Positions 22,867-34,893 of a stretch of DNA of 64,000 nucleotides are shown here, piece by piece. This DNA comes from Okamejei kenojei (lineage: Eukaryota): contig CM069140.1 in the NCBI GenBank assembly GCA_035221665.1, positions 23,746,001 to 23,810,000 of the forward strand, given 5' to 3'. Numbering within the stretch: the stretch's first letter is position 1; each line of letters opens with the position of its first letter. The notes below the pieces were generated by a model. The model was not told the origin of the DNA and did not search any database. It was given only the letters and a program-made list of their open reading frames with translations. A program made the position numbers and the translations under genes.

Positions 22867-23395
22867 ACCCATCAATCAGATTCTCAACTGGACCAAATAT
22901 TAACTCATGTCAGAGGCTGCAGAGCCTACAGTGAGGAACTCCCATGAGTGATTCACTCATGAAGTAAAGGACACATATAAGGAGCATGGTGGAATGCTCT
23001 CCACCTGCTTGATAAGCACAACTCCAACACTTGATACCATTCAGGACAAAGCAGCCTGCTAAATTGGCACCTTGAGTAAACATTCATTGCCTCCATCGCA
23101 AATGTGCAGTGGCTACATTATGTAACATTTACAAATGCACTGCGTTTTACACAGGCAGACACCCAAATCGATGACTTTCATCACAAAAAGGAGGACAACA
23201 GTTGTATTGGAGCACCATGAGCCTGTTTCTCTCGCCAAATCACATGCCATCTGAAACTGGAAGTATATTGTTATCCCTTCATCATTGCTGTGTTTGAATC
23301 CTGTTCCTCCCCACCCAACAGCACCATAAGAGTGACTTCACCAGCAGAACTGCAATGGTTTATAACCATCTTCACAAGAGTAATTAAGAAGGGGC
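22683..23395 (+). mobile_element. Old LINE ORF2 3' part (same family as 16490-16885), interrupted by poly-C and by the CR1 below
   Basis: MQPDLDDIRA...W.VQFVP.KCQVITISNK...LPLTFN.ITI (post-RT region). Its 3' tail appears to resume at ~26431 (atatgttggcctt). Confidence 0.65.
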
Positions 23396-26300
23396 AAAGT
23401 AGTAGGCAGGTAGTGCAGGGGTCCCCTGCGGTCATCTCCCTCCTAAACAGGTATACCATTTTGGATACTGTTGGGGGAGATGGCTCACCAGGGGAATGCA
23501 GCAGCAGCCAGGTTCATGGCACCATGGGTGGCTCTGCAGCACATAAGGAGGAAAAAAGAGGGGAAGGGCAATAGTAATAGGGGATTCAATTGTCAGGGGA
23601 ATAGATAGTCATTTCTGCGGCTGCAAACGAGGCTCCAGGATGGTATGTTGCCTCCCTGGTGCAAGGGTCAGGGATGTCACTGAACGGCCGCAGAACATTC
23701 TGGAGGGGGAGGGTGAACAGCCAGTTGTCGTGGTGCATATTGGCACCAACGATGTAGGTAAAAAAAGGGATGAGGTCCTACAAGGTGAATTTAGGGAGCT
23801 AGGAGATAAACTTAAAAGTAGGACCTCAAAGGTAATAATCTCTGGATTACTATAAGTACCACGGGCCAGTCAGAGTAGAAATAGGAGGATATTAGAGATG
23901 AATACGTGGCTTGAAAAATGGTGCAAGGGGGAGGGATTCAAATTTTTAGGGCACTGGAGCCATTTCTGGGGGAGGTGGGACCAGTACAAACAGGACGGTC
24001 TGCACCTGGGCTGGAATGGAACCAATGTCCTTGGGGGAGTGTTTGCTAGTGCTGTCGGGGAGGATTTAAATTAATGTGGCAGGGGGATGGGTACAAGAGC
24101 AGAGAGGCAGGTGGGTGTAAAACGAGGGTAGAAGCAATAGGGAGCAAGGTGAAAAATAAAAGTGGCAGGCAGTCAAAACCAGGGCAAAAATCAAAAAGGG
24201 CCACTTTTCAACATAATTGTATAAGGGGTAAGAGCATTGTAAAAACAAGCCTGAAGGCTTTGTGTCTCAATGCAAGGAGTATTCGTAATAAGGTGGATGA
24301 GTTGAACGTGCAGATAGCTATTAATGATTATGATACAGTTGGGATCACGGAGACATGGCTCCAGGGTGACCAAGGCTAGGAGCTGAACATCCAAGGATAT
24401 TCAATATTCAGGAGGGATAGAGAGAAAGGAAAAGGAGGTGGGGTAGCGTTGCTGGTTAGAGAGGAGATTAACGGAATGGAAAGGAAGGACATTAGCTTGG
24501 AGGATGTGGAATCGGTATGGGTAGAGCTGTGAAACACTAAAGGGCAGAAAACTCTGGTGGGTGTTGTGTACAGGCCACCTAACAGTAGTAGTGAAGTTGG
24601 GGATGGTATCAAACAGGAAATTAGAAATGCGTGCGACAAAGGCAAAACAGTTATAATGGGTGACTTCAATCTACATATAGATTGGGTGAATCAAATTGGC
24701 AGAGGTGTTGAGGAAGAGGATTTTTTGGAATGTATACGGGATAGTTATCTAAATCAACATGTAGAGGAACCAACGAGAGAGCAGGCTATTTTAGACTGAG
24801 TATTGAGTAATGAGGAAGGATTAGTTAGCAGTCTTGGTGTACGTGCCCCCTTGGGCAAGAGTGACCATAATATGGTCGAGTTCTTCATTAGGATGGAGAG
24901 TGACATTGTTCATTCAGAAACAATGGTTCTGAACTTAAAGAAAGGTAACTTTGAGGGTATGAGACGTGAATTGGCCAAGATTGTCTGGCAATTAATTCTA
25001 AAAAGGTTGACGGTGGATATGTAATGGAAGACATTTAAAGACTGCATGGATGAACTACAAAAATTAAAATTAAATTGTTCATCCCAGTTTGGCAAAAGAA
25101 TAAATCAGGGAAGGTAGTGCATCCGTGGATAACAAGAGAAATCAGGAATAGTATCAAAGGATGATGCGTACAAAGTAGCCAGAAAAAGCAGCATACCAGA
25201 GGACTGGGAGAACTTCAGAGACCAGCAGAGGAGGACAAAGGGCTTAATTAGGAAAGGAAAAATAGATTATGAAAGAAAACTGGCAGGGAACATAAAAACT
25301 GACTGCAAAATTTTTTATAGGTATGTGAAGAGAAAGAGATTAGTTAAAACAAATGTAGGTCCCTTTCAGTCAGAAACAGGTGAGCTCATCATGGGGAACA
25401 AGGATATGGCGGACCAATTGAATAACTACTTTGGTTCCGTCTTCACTAAGGAAGACATAAATAATCTGCCGGAAATAGCAGGGGACCGAGGGTCAAAGGA
25501 GGAATTGAGTGAAATCCAGGTTAGTCGGGAAGTGGTGTTGGGTAAATTGAATGGATTAAAGGCCGATAAATCCCCAGGGCCAGATAGGCTGCATTCCAGA
25601 GTACTTAAGGAAGTAGCTCTGGAAATAGTGGATGCATTAGTGATAATCTTTCAAAACTCTTTAGATTCTGGAGTAGTTCCTGAGGATTGGCGGGTAGCAA
25701 ACGTAACCCTTCTTTTTAAGAAGGGAGGGAGAGAGAAAATGGGGAATTACAGACCAGTTAGTCTAACCGGTAGTGGGGAAACTGCTAGAGTCTGTTATTA
25801 AAGATGGGATAGCAACACATTTGGAAAGTGGTGAAATCATTGGACAAAGTCAGCATGGATTTACGAAAGGTAAATCATGTCTGACGAATCTTGTGGAATT
25901 TTTCGAGGATGTAACTAGTAGCGTGGATCAGGGAGAACCAGTGGATGTGGTGTACCTGGACTTCCAGAAGGCTTTCGACAAGGTCCCACATACAAGATTA
26001 GTATACAAACTTAAAGCATACTGCGTTGGGGGGTTCAGTATTGATGTGGATAGAGAACTGGCTGGCAAACAGGAAGCAAAGAGTAGGAGTAAACGGGTCC
26101 TTATTGTTGGGGAAGTCCAGGACAAGGGGTCACAGCTTAAGGATAAGGGGGAAATCCTTTAAGACCGAGATGAGAAAGACTTTTTTCACACAGAGAGTGG
26201 TGAGTCTCTGGAAGTCTCTGCCACAGAGGGTAATTGAGGCCAGTTCATTGGCTATATTTAAGAGGGGGTTAGATGTGGCCCTTGTGGCTAGAGGGATCAG

Positions 26301-26430
26301 GGGGTATGGAGAGAAGGCAGGTACAGGATACTGAGTTGGATGATCAGCCATGATCATATTGAATGGCGGTGCAGGCTCGAAGGGCCGAATGGCCTACTCC
26401 TGCACCTAATTTCCATGTTTCTATGATTCT
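23396..26430 (+). mobile_element. CR1 LINE (5'-truncated): SGNH-esterase ORF1, AP endonuclease and partial RT ORF2, internally deleted, intact 3' end
   Basis: ORF1: IGDSIVRG, CLPGARVRDV, VVVHIGTND, DGLHL. ORF2: CLNARSIRNK, GITETWL, GVVYRPP, MGDFN, SDHNM, KSPGPD, NYRPVSL, QHGF, VYLDFQKAFDKV. Several stops and frameshifts. 3' tail ...ggcctactcctgcacctaatttccatgtttctatg. Confidence 0.95.
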
Positions 26431-26597
26431 ATATGTTGGCCTTATCCTGGAAAATGCTTTTTTTTTACTATACAGTTAATTCTTACTCACTCATAGAAAT
26501 GGGGCACATGTCTGAGAATATGAAAGATATTTTGACATCAATGAAACTAAATCATATGGGAAGTCACTTACCTCAGCAAAACATGGGAGATGCTTAA

Positions 26598-27215
26598 AAC
26601 ATAAAGCAGTACAGCACAGGTAGAGGCCCTTCAGTCCACTCAGGGAGATTTAAGCTAACCTCCTCTGCCTGAATGTGATCCACATCCCTCCATTTCCTGC
26701 ATGTTCATGTGCCTATCTAAAACCCTAAAAACCTTTTTAATGTCCCTATCATATCTGCCTCCACCACCACCCCTGGCAACTCATTCCAGGCACCCACCAC
26801 TCTGTTTAAGAAACTTGTCCCGCATATCTCCTTTAAACCTTGCTTCTTTCGCCTTAAAGCTATGCCTTTAGTCTTTGACTTTTCCACCCTGAGAAGAAAA
26901 TGTTCTGTCAATCCTATTTATTCCTCTCATAATTGTATACACTTCTATCAGGTGTTACCTCAACCTGGCACATTCCAGAGAAAGCAATCCAAATTTGTCC
27001 AACCCTCCCATTATAGCTAATGCCCTGTAATCCAGGCAGCATACCAAAATGCTACCTGGAATAGAGGGTATTAGCTATGAAGACAGATTGGACAAACTTG
27101 AATTGTTTTTTCTGGAACATTCCAGGTTGAGGTAACACCTTATCCAAAGCCTTCACATCCTTCCTGTAATGTAGTGACCAGAACTGCATATAATACTCCA
27201 AATGTGGCCTAACCA
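26598..27215 (-). mobile_element. CR1 3' fragment containing an internal inverted duplication
   Basis: Minus strand RVVGAWNELPGVVVEA. 26950-27042 is inverted-duplicated at 27048-27140. Confidence 0.75.
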
Positions 27216-28734
27216 TAGTCTTCAGTGCTATTGATGATTTAATAAATAGTAAGTGTATATAAATTGTTCCCTGTTCTAATTTACTTAAAACAGTGAATCC
27301 ACTGCGTTGTTGCTGAAAAAAGCAGCAAGCGCAAAAGAAAGCTGCCTTTTGTTCACAAGAGCATTTTATTTACTTTGATATCAGATTACAAACATAAACC
27401 ATGTTGATCAATTCATCCCTTCATTTCTAGGGACGTGGATAAAAGTCAGTGAATTTGTCTAATTTCTTGCACCTGTTTAAATTTTTATTACAAAGGATGA
27501 ACAAATCCCACAGTAACATTTTATAGAGCTTATTTCTGTAACACGCACCAATGCCCTGCAGCAATTTACTTTGTTTTCTAGGCCCTGTCCTGGGTGAAGC
27601 TGTTCAACTTGTGTACAGATGGGTCTCTGACAGGCCTACAGCTGTTCCCTAATTGTCCATTAAGTGTTCTATTGACTGTATGATTCAAACTACATGTGTC
27701 TTTCAGCGAAAGGCTCTCATGTAAAGTGGCAAAAACATTCCAGGCAGGATGACAGAGTCAGTCCAAAGCTAAAATGTGAACTGCCAGTTTCAATAGAAGG
27801 GATCGTGCAGTGAACAGCGAAGCCTGCAGTAAAACAAAGATTTGTAAGACTGATAACAATTTTTTAATCTTTCTAAACATTAAAAATGAAGCAATTCAAC
27901 CCAGAGTAGCTGCATTTAAAAAAAATTTTTACATTTTCCTGTAAAAAATAAATCTGCGCGTATGAAAAATTCTTCACAGGTTTTTTTTTCACTGTGAATT
28001 TTGGGCTAATTAGATAATAGAAACATGGAATTATAGAACTTTACAGCACAGGAGGTATTCATACATCTTGATGTGTCCCCTGCCACCTAAAAAAAATGAT
28101 CTACTTAGGTAAATCCCATACACAGTTCTCTGTAGGTTAGTTCTAGGGAACTGAATGTTTTCCTCTTCTCAGGTTCTCAGTGTTAAATACACTGTACTCC
28201 TTAGGGTAGCTAGGCCAATATATTTCATCCCCAAGCTTGAAAAGCTCCCCCTCCCACAAAATGTTTGCCAAACCAAGCATTCAGGGCCTTCCTCAGTGAA
28301 ATTACCAATGATAGTCATTGGTTTGCGATTTGACTGTGTAGCTGCTATGTGTTGGAACCAGATCCTCACAACCATGTAACGAAAAAAAAAATATTTGTCC
28401 CATCGATCTGGACTAGATTTTAGTTGGAATTTAAATTGGAAAAGGCCATGTTCTAAACTAATTAAATGTATCTGTCCATGCCTTGTTATATTAAGTCAGT
28501 GCATATAACAACAACTTATTACTTGTTTTGATTCGGTATTTTCCTGTTTTCTTCCCTCTGCTCTGCAAAACACTGACTTGCATGTGGACAAATGTCTTTG
28601 CCACCAACCATGTTCCAACAGCTGAATTTTAGACAAACAGCAAGAAGAAAGACAGAGTTGCAGTTTACACGACACTTTTTACATCCTTTTGACATCTAAA
28701 GGATGTAAAGAATCTTGAAATTCTAATCCTTCTT

Positions 28735-28865
28735 GATCAGTACGGGTGTCAGGGGTTATGGGGAGAAGGCAGGAGAATGGGGTTGAGAGGGAGAGATAGA
28801 TCAGCCATGATTAAATGGCAGTCAATTTGATGGGCCAAACGGCCTAATTCTGTTCCTAGAAATAT
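28735..28865 (+). mobile_element. CR1 3' tail
   Basis: gggtgtcaggggttatggggagaaggcaggagaatgggg...gatcagccatga. Confidence 0.8.
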
Positions 28866-29098
28866 GAATTTCAGTTTAGTTTATTGTCACGTGTACCGAG
28901 GTACAGTGAAAAGCTTTTGTTGTGTGCTGTCCAGTCTGCTGAAAGACAATACATGTCTGAATAATGAATTTATGAGATTCCGAGATCTTATAGTGAAATA
29001 CTTTTGAAATAATGTCGTTGTTATAATGTAGGAAGCATAGCGACCAATTTACACACAGCAAGTTCCATGTATGATAATGCCCAGATAATGTTTTAATT

Positions 29099-29230
29099 GT
29101 GTAAGAAAGAACTGCAGATGCTAGTTTAGACCAAAGATAGACACAAATAGCTGGAGAACGATCTCTATCCGAAATGTCACCCATTCCTTCTCTCCAGAGA
29201 TGCTGCGTGTCCTGCTGAGTCACTTTCAAC
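29099..29230. mobile_element. Penelope-pLTR hairpin mini-element
   Basis: Minus arm gtgtaagaaagaactgcagatgct...gacacaaa..gctggag joined to plus arm ccgaaatgtcacccattccttctctccagagatgctg. Confidence 0.7.
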
Positions 29231-29289
29231 CTTTTTCACATTTCAAAATACTGCCATCAGCTCTTTTAAAATCACTGGGAATTCACTCG

Positions 29290-29622
29290 TGAGCGGAATA
29301 GATCGGGTAGATGCACGGAGTCTCTTGCCCAGAGTGGGTGAATCGAGGACCAGAGGACATGGGTTAAGGGTGATGGGGAAAAGATTTAATAGGAATCTGA
29401 GAGGTAACTTTTTCACACAAAGGGTGGTGGGTGTATGGAACAAGCTGTCAGAGGAGGTAGTTGAGGCAGGGGCTATCCCAACATTTAAGAAACAGTTATA
29501 CAGGTACATGGATAGGACAGGTTTGGAGGGATATGGACCAAATGCGGGACTAGTGTAGCTGGGACATATTGGGCGGTGTGGGCAGGTTCGGCCGAAGGGC
29601 CTGTTTCCACACTTTATCACTA
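29290..29622 (+). mobile_element. CR1/HER1 3' fragment
   Basis: ORF 29289-29558 GIDRVDARSLLPRVGESRTRGH...FFTQRVVGVWNKL. 3' UTR aagggcctgtttcc is shared with the V-SINE tail. Confidence 0.9.
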
Positions 29623-30864
29623 TGGCACTAAAAACCTTCTGCATCTCAATCTCAATCAAATGACATACCTCATCGAAATGTCATCACTTCTAACAGTGCA
29701 ATGACCTCTCAGGACTGCCCTGGAGCACAGCATAGATTCTTGTGCTCACATCTCATGAGGTGGTCTTGGACACAAGTGTGAACATGTTGTTTGACCAGCA
29801 GGTTATGAATGCTGAACCTCATTAACCTGAACAACTGATATTCATATTCACACCAGCCGCGCTAGATTGTGATCATGAAGAGGAATTCTTGCTGCCGTGG
29901 CCTCTTCTTAAATTTGGAGCATTATTGCGGCCAGCAGTTAGTTAAATGCATGGGGTGTAGATGGAATCTGTCTAATTCGTGACCAGTAGGATTCGGTAAT
30001 GAGGCTATCTGGATTCAAACCAATGTCATTCAGAACAAAAGCTTTTAATCTTTTTACTTTAAACTAAATGCATAACTGAAAATATATTTAAAATAGACAG
30101 TGGTAACAAATCTTCAAAAAGTTCGTCTCATTTGGATCCCTACAAACAGAGCAATATATTTCCTTTGACTATCTTGATACAAAGAGTTCTGTCATTCTAA
30201 TGTTCAGTACAGTTTATTCCATTTTGAGCCTTAATTATCGTCTTTCTGAGCTGACATTTTCAGATTACAATGTGATTATTGAAACTTATTTTCATTACAG
30301 AATAAAGAAAGAGTAGTGATAGTCACAAAGGATTTTTGGTTGAGTCTACATTGCACAATGAAAACTAACTGAAGGGGAAAAATAGTGTATTCAATTCCTG
30401 ATACATGGGTGGGGGGGGGGGGGAGAGAGAGATTGAATGAACATAAGCTGTTCTCAGCTGGTAGAGGCGTTACAATTGGCCTCAATGAACTTGGCTGAGT
30501 AAGGGGAATAATCAGATTGAGTTCAGCTGCTCACTATCTGGCCTCCACTGCTGGTAAGTGTGTGAATGTGAACATTGGGGGTGCACCGGACAAATTCTTT
30601 GTGTTCAATAGGGATAGGGATTTCAATAACATTCACTGTCCATGTTCAGACATGAAAAAATAAATATTTGAGAGGTGTCAACGGAAAAACTGGCAGATCA
30701 GAAATGATCTGTCAACAAGGAGTCATTGTAGCCGATGGAGGTGGCATGGTGCAGAAGTGGAGGGCAATATCAATACAAATGTATACAATAAAAATTCAAG
30801 AAACTGGGCAGCCTGATGGCTGAGGTAATTCCTGGAAGTCAACTTTTGATCTAAATATTAGTTT

Positions 30865-31027
30865 AGATAGAGCTAGATAGGGCTCTTAAAGATAGAGTCA
30901 GGGGACATGGGGAGAAGGCAGGAACGGGGTACTGATTGGGGATGATCAGCCATGCTCTCATTGAATGGCGGTGCTGGCTCGACGGGCCGAATAGCCTACT
31001 CCTGCACCTATTGTCTGTTGTCTATTG
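30865..31027 (+). mobile_element. CR1 3' tail with (ctattgt)n end
   Basis: Near-identical to 51790-51953. Confidence 0.85.
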
Positions 31028-31400
31028 CCTATTAATTGGCCCATTATTTCAAAACTTTGACCTAGTAGAGTGACTGTAGGAAAAAATGCAGGCATTTTGG
31101 GCCTGTGGAAAAATGGTGGGGTTAGATTGTAGTTGTCTGTGTACAATAGGTTAGGAGGCTGAAGAGAGACATTTTGCTTGTGGTAGATGGAGATTGGTAA
31201 GACCTGGAATGTTGAGCAGAGGGGAGGAGGTGGTGGTAAGATAAAAGCAAGCATTAATAAAAGCAGCAAGAGAAACCACTTTCTGCCCCCATCGCCTGTC
31301 GCACTTCATTATTGCCACTAGTTGGACAGGTAGCAAGTCTGGCATTAGAATTGTGAATATTTATATAAATATCTTACATAATATATACGCAATCAGGACT

Positions 31401-31534
31401 CAAGTCTGAAGAAGGGTCTCGACCTGAAACATCACCCATTCCTTCTCTCCAGAGATGCTGCCTGTCCCGCTGAGTTACTCCAGCATTTTGTGTCTACCTT
31501 CGATTTAAACCAGCATCTGCAGTTCTTTCCTACA
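31401..31534 (+). mobile_element. Solo Penelope-pLTR mini-element with hammerhead motif, 11-bp TSD
   Basis: TSD caatcaggact at 31390-31400 and 31535-31545. CTGAAGA at 31406-31412, stem II, then GAAACATC. Confidence 0.88.
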
Positions 31535-32825
31535 CAATCAGGACTGATTGTCAATGCTGGGGGGGAAATAGCGAAAAGGTTAAAAAGGCTCTTTAATTGA
31601 GGTTCACTGACTGGGAAAAATCCTGTAAAATCCTCAGACTGTGCTGATTTCAGGCAGAGAGGCACTCCAATTAGTTCTAAAATCTCCAGAGTTTGGAAGG
31701 TGTAATCTAGCAGCTGTGGTTTCTGGAGCTAAACATTACATTGAAGTCATGTGATGAAAATAATCTACAAGAAAAAAATAGGAAAACTGCGTTTTCTTTA
31801 AAAAGCATCAAACTTACTTTAAGATTGTGACGCAGATTTGTTCTAAGATTTGACAAGGATCGCAAATGCATTTTAAAGGGAGAAGAATTGCATGGTGATT
31901 AAAGGAATGCAGACACACGTGCATCGAATGATAGAGCTCTTTCCTCCAGAAAGCTTTTAACATTGTGGATAAGATGTTTATTGCAGATGATGGTCCCAGT
32001 GACAGTGTTTTGTCAGTGTCACCACTTTGCTCCATGTAATAATATGTGGTTTGCCACTGCTCCCTGATGTTCCAAATTATCATTTGGTGATGTGCTAAGT
32101 ATATGCAGTACAAAAATTGAATCATTTAGTGAGATTACTATGTAGTTGTCTGTGTGCAGTAGGAGTGTAGGGTGGAGAGAAGCGACTCCCTGCGGTGCAT
32201 GGGGATTGGTAAGACTTGTGATCTTTTGACCACATTCCTGATTCATGGCAGAATGATTGATGAAGGTTCACAACCAAAATTGAGTAAGCTAACATTATTA
32301 CTGTCTAGTATTTCAAGCTATTTTCTATTACAGGAACTAGGCTACATGACTGAAAATTACATGTGGGTCATCATGATGAGAACCTTACAACTTGACACCT
32401 AATTTTTTTTTTTAGAATCACTGCTCTCTCTTAAACTGATAGTGTCTTCATGAGGTAGACATAGCTTGTTTGGTGTGATTGGGGGGTGGAGCGTGGGCTA
32501 GATGCAAGAGAGAAGCTGAGCGCACAAATTAGTTTCATGAAGCCATGACCTGTGAGTGATGCGATGATATATTTCTAATCTCTTGCCCTAGATATTCAAC
32601 GGCATTACCCTCACTGTGTCACCACCATCAATATTCGGTAGGGTCAGTATTGACCAGAAGCTCAACTGAACCGCCTATATAAATAGTCTGCCTCCGTGGA
32701 TAGGTCAAATCGGAATATTCTGCTTCATATGGCTCATTTGTGGGCTGTGATGCCCGAGTGAGTGCAGTTCAAACGATCCCCAAGAAGTTTAAGAGCATTC
32801 CATTAGCTAAGAAAGGCCTTCATAA

Positions 32826-33448
32826 CAAGAGGATTCAGTACAGGAGTAAAGAGGTTCTTCTGCAGTTGTATAGGGCTCTGGTGAGACCACATCTGGAGTA
32901 TTGTGGTCAGTTTTGGTCTCCTAATTTGAGGAAGGACATCCTTGTGATTGAGGCAGTGCAGCGTAGGTTCACGAGATTGATCCCTGGGATGGCGGGACTG
33001 TCATATGAGGAAAGATTGAAAAGACTAGGCTTGTATTCACTGGAATTTAGAAGGATGAGGGGGGATCTTATAGAAACATATAAAATTATAAAGGACTGGA
33101 CACGCTAGATGCAGGAAAAATGTTCCCAATGTTGGGTGAGTCCAGAACCAGGGGCCACAGTCTTAGAATAAAGGGGAGGTCATTTAAGACTAAGGTGAGA
33201 GAAAACCTTTTACCCAGAGAGTTGTGAATTTATGGAATTCCCTGCCACAGAGGGCAGTGGAGGCCAACTCACTGGATGGATTTAAGAGAGAGTTGGATAG
33301 AGCTCTAGGGGCTAGTGGAGTCGAGGGATATGGGGAGAAGGCAGGCACGGGTTATTGATAGCGGACGATCAGCCATGATCACAATGAATGGCGGTGCTGG
33401 CTTGAAGGACTGAATGGCCTCCTCCTGCACCTATTTTCTATGTTTCTA
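32826..33448 (+). mobile_element. CR1 3' fragment inserted in an older LINE relic (32570-32700 and 33450-33810)
   Basis: [27 protein letters not shown]...[11 protein letters not shown]...[10 protein letters not shown] and a complete 3' tail. Confidence 0.93.
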
Positions 33449-34500
33449 TATTTAGGACAAAGCTCCCCTATGCTTCACTCCTTGAAATACAATGGCCGCA
33501 GTGTGCACTACCTACTGCAGTTGCTCTCCCAGGATAGTGCCATTGCACCTTCCAAACCCCTAATCTCTACCATTAAGAAGAGCAAGGACATAGGAACACC
33601 ACCACTTGCACACTCTCCTTCAAGCACACACCATCCTCACATGGAAATGTATCACCATGTCTTCATCATTACTATGTCTAAATCTAGGAACTCTCTCCCA
33701 ATAATATTGTGGGAATACCTTCATCTGAAGGACTGCAACAGTTCAATTGTGGTGGTGAGCCACTATCTTCTTACTGGTGCTCGGCAATAAGCAACAAATG
33801 CTAGTCTATGCTCCACCACTCAACATAGTCATGGTTGTTGTTCCAAAACCTGCACCCTGCACTGCTCACACCCCTTATCCTTTGATCCTTTAAGCAATTA
33901 GAACCATATCCAACTCCTTCTTTAATAGATTTTATAATTTTGCTTCAATAGATAATTTAACTATTCTCTGAAGAATTTCTCTTTATCTTCCACCTAAATT
34001 GTAAACCATGTATCCTTAGACTATGACCCTGCAATAGTAATTATTCCTGAAAAAGATCACACCATTTTTGAAAAAATGTTTGGTCTGTTCAACAGCTAGC
34101 TTTTTTTGTGACAAACTGTTACATTTTAATACATTTTTAATCATCTATGTACCATTAATAATAAAAACAATGTGAATAAATAAGGTTCAGGAATAGATAG
34201 AAATAGTATAATGTGGGACAATATACTTTTTAAAGTGTTTTGAAAATTAAGTGTTATTTTTAGAAATATTTGTATTTTCTTGTACCACACATATACATTA
34301 TATTGTTTTCAAAGAAAAATTACATTTAATCACATGTTAATAAATCTTTGTACGATAGTTCTGTTTAAAAGCATGAAAACTATAATACTTGATTAAATTG
34401 CTTCTACTACCACCTAGCATTGATATCTCAGTTTGTTCATTAATGCCAAATTAAATTCAGGTTTGCCTTAAGAAGGTGGTATCTATAATTTAAGGTATCC

Positions 34501-34893
34501 CCACCATCCGGGCCATTCTCTCTTCTTACTACCATCAGGCAGAATGTACAGAAGCTTGAAGTCGCACACAGCACCAGGTTCAGGAACAGCTACTTTCCTA
34601 TAACTGTCAGGTTCTTGAATGAACGTACATAACCCCAATCCCACCTTGACAACAGATCACTATGGCCCATCGCTTCCACTATTATGGACTTGGTTTTTTT
34701 TCCAATTATGTTTTTGCACTAATGTCTTGATTTTTATAGTCTTCTTTTAGAATTTTATGTAGAATGTCTATAGAATGTGTTTTTGTGTGCTTGTCTCGGC
34801 CTATCTGCCTGTGAACCTGCTGTAAGCAATATTTTTCATTATGTCTGAACCTTGCCGTACCTGTGCATATGACAATAAACCTGAGCTTGAACT
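34501..34893 (+). mobile_element. Rex1/Babar LINE 3' fragment
   Basis: HHPGH.L..LLPSGR.YRSL...TRFRNSYFP..VRFLN C-terminal signature, then a 3' UTR ending tgacaataaac. Confidence 0.75.

Larger units (their letters stand above)
28640..29775 (-). mobile_element. Ancient Deu-domain SINE (SacSINE1/AmnSINE1-like) split by four younger insertions
   Basis: Colinear pieces at ~28650-28705, ~28990-29095, ~29240-29280 and ~29660-29775 resemble the recalled Deu-SINE consensus (tacttttgaa...tgtt.taatgtaggaa...ccaattt.c.cacagcaag; ...acagtgca...ctcag.actgc.ctggag...tagatt..tgtgctca). Confidence 0.55.

Noticed and set aside
23396-26430. Intact, active CR1 or a host esterase gene
   Set aside because: 5'-truncated with multiple stops and frameshifts and no RT catalytic core; the SGNH domain is the normal ORF1 of this LINE group.
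27582-27683. Possible exon after ttgttttctag (ALSWVKLFNLCTDG...)
   Set aside because: No recognisable protein similarity, no good donor site, and no partner exons found.
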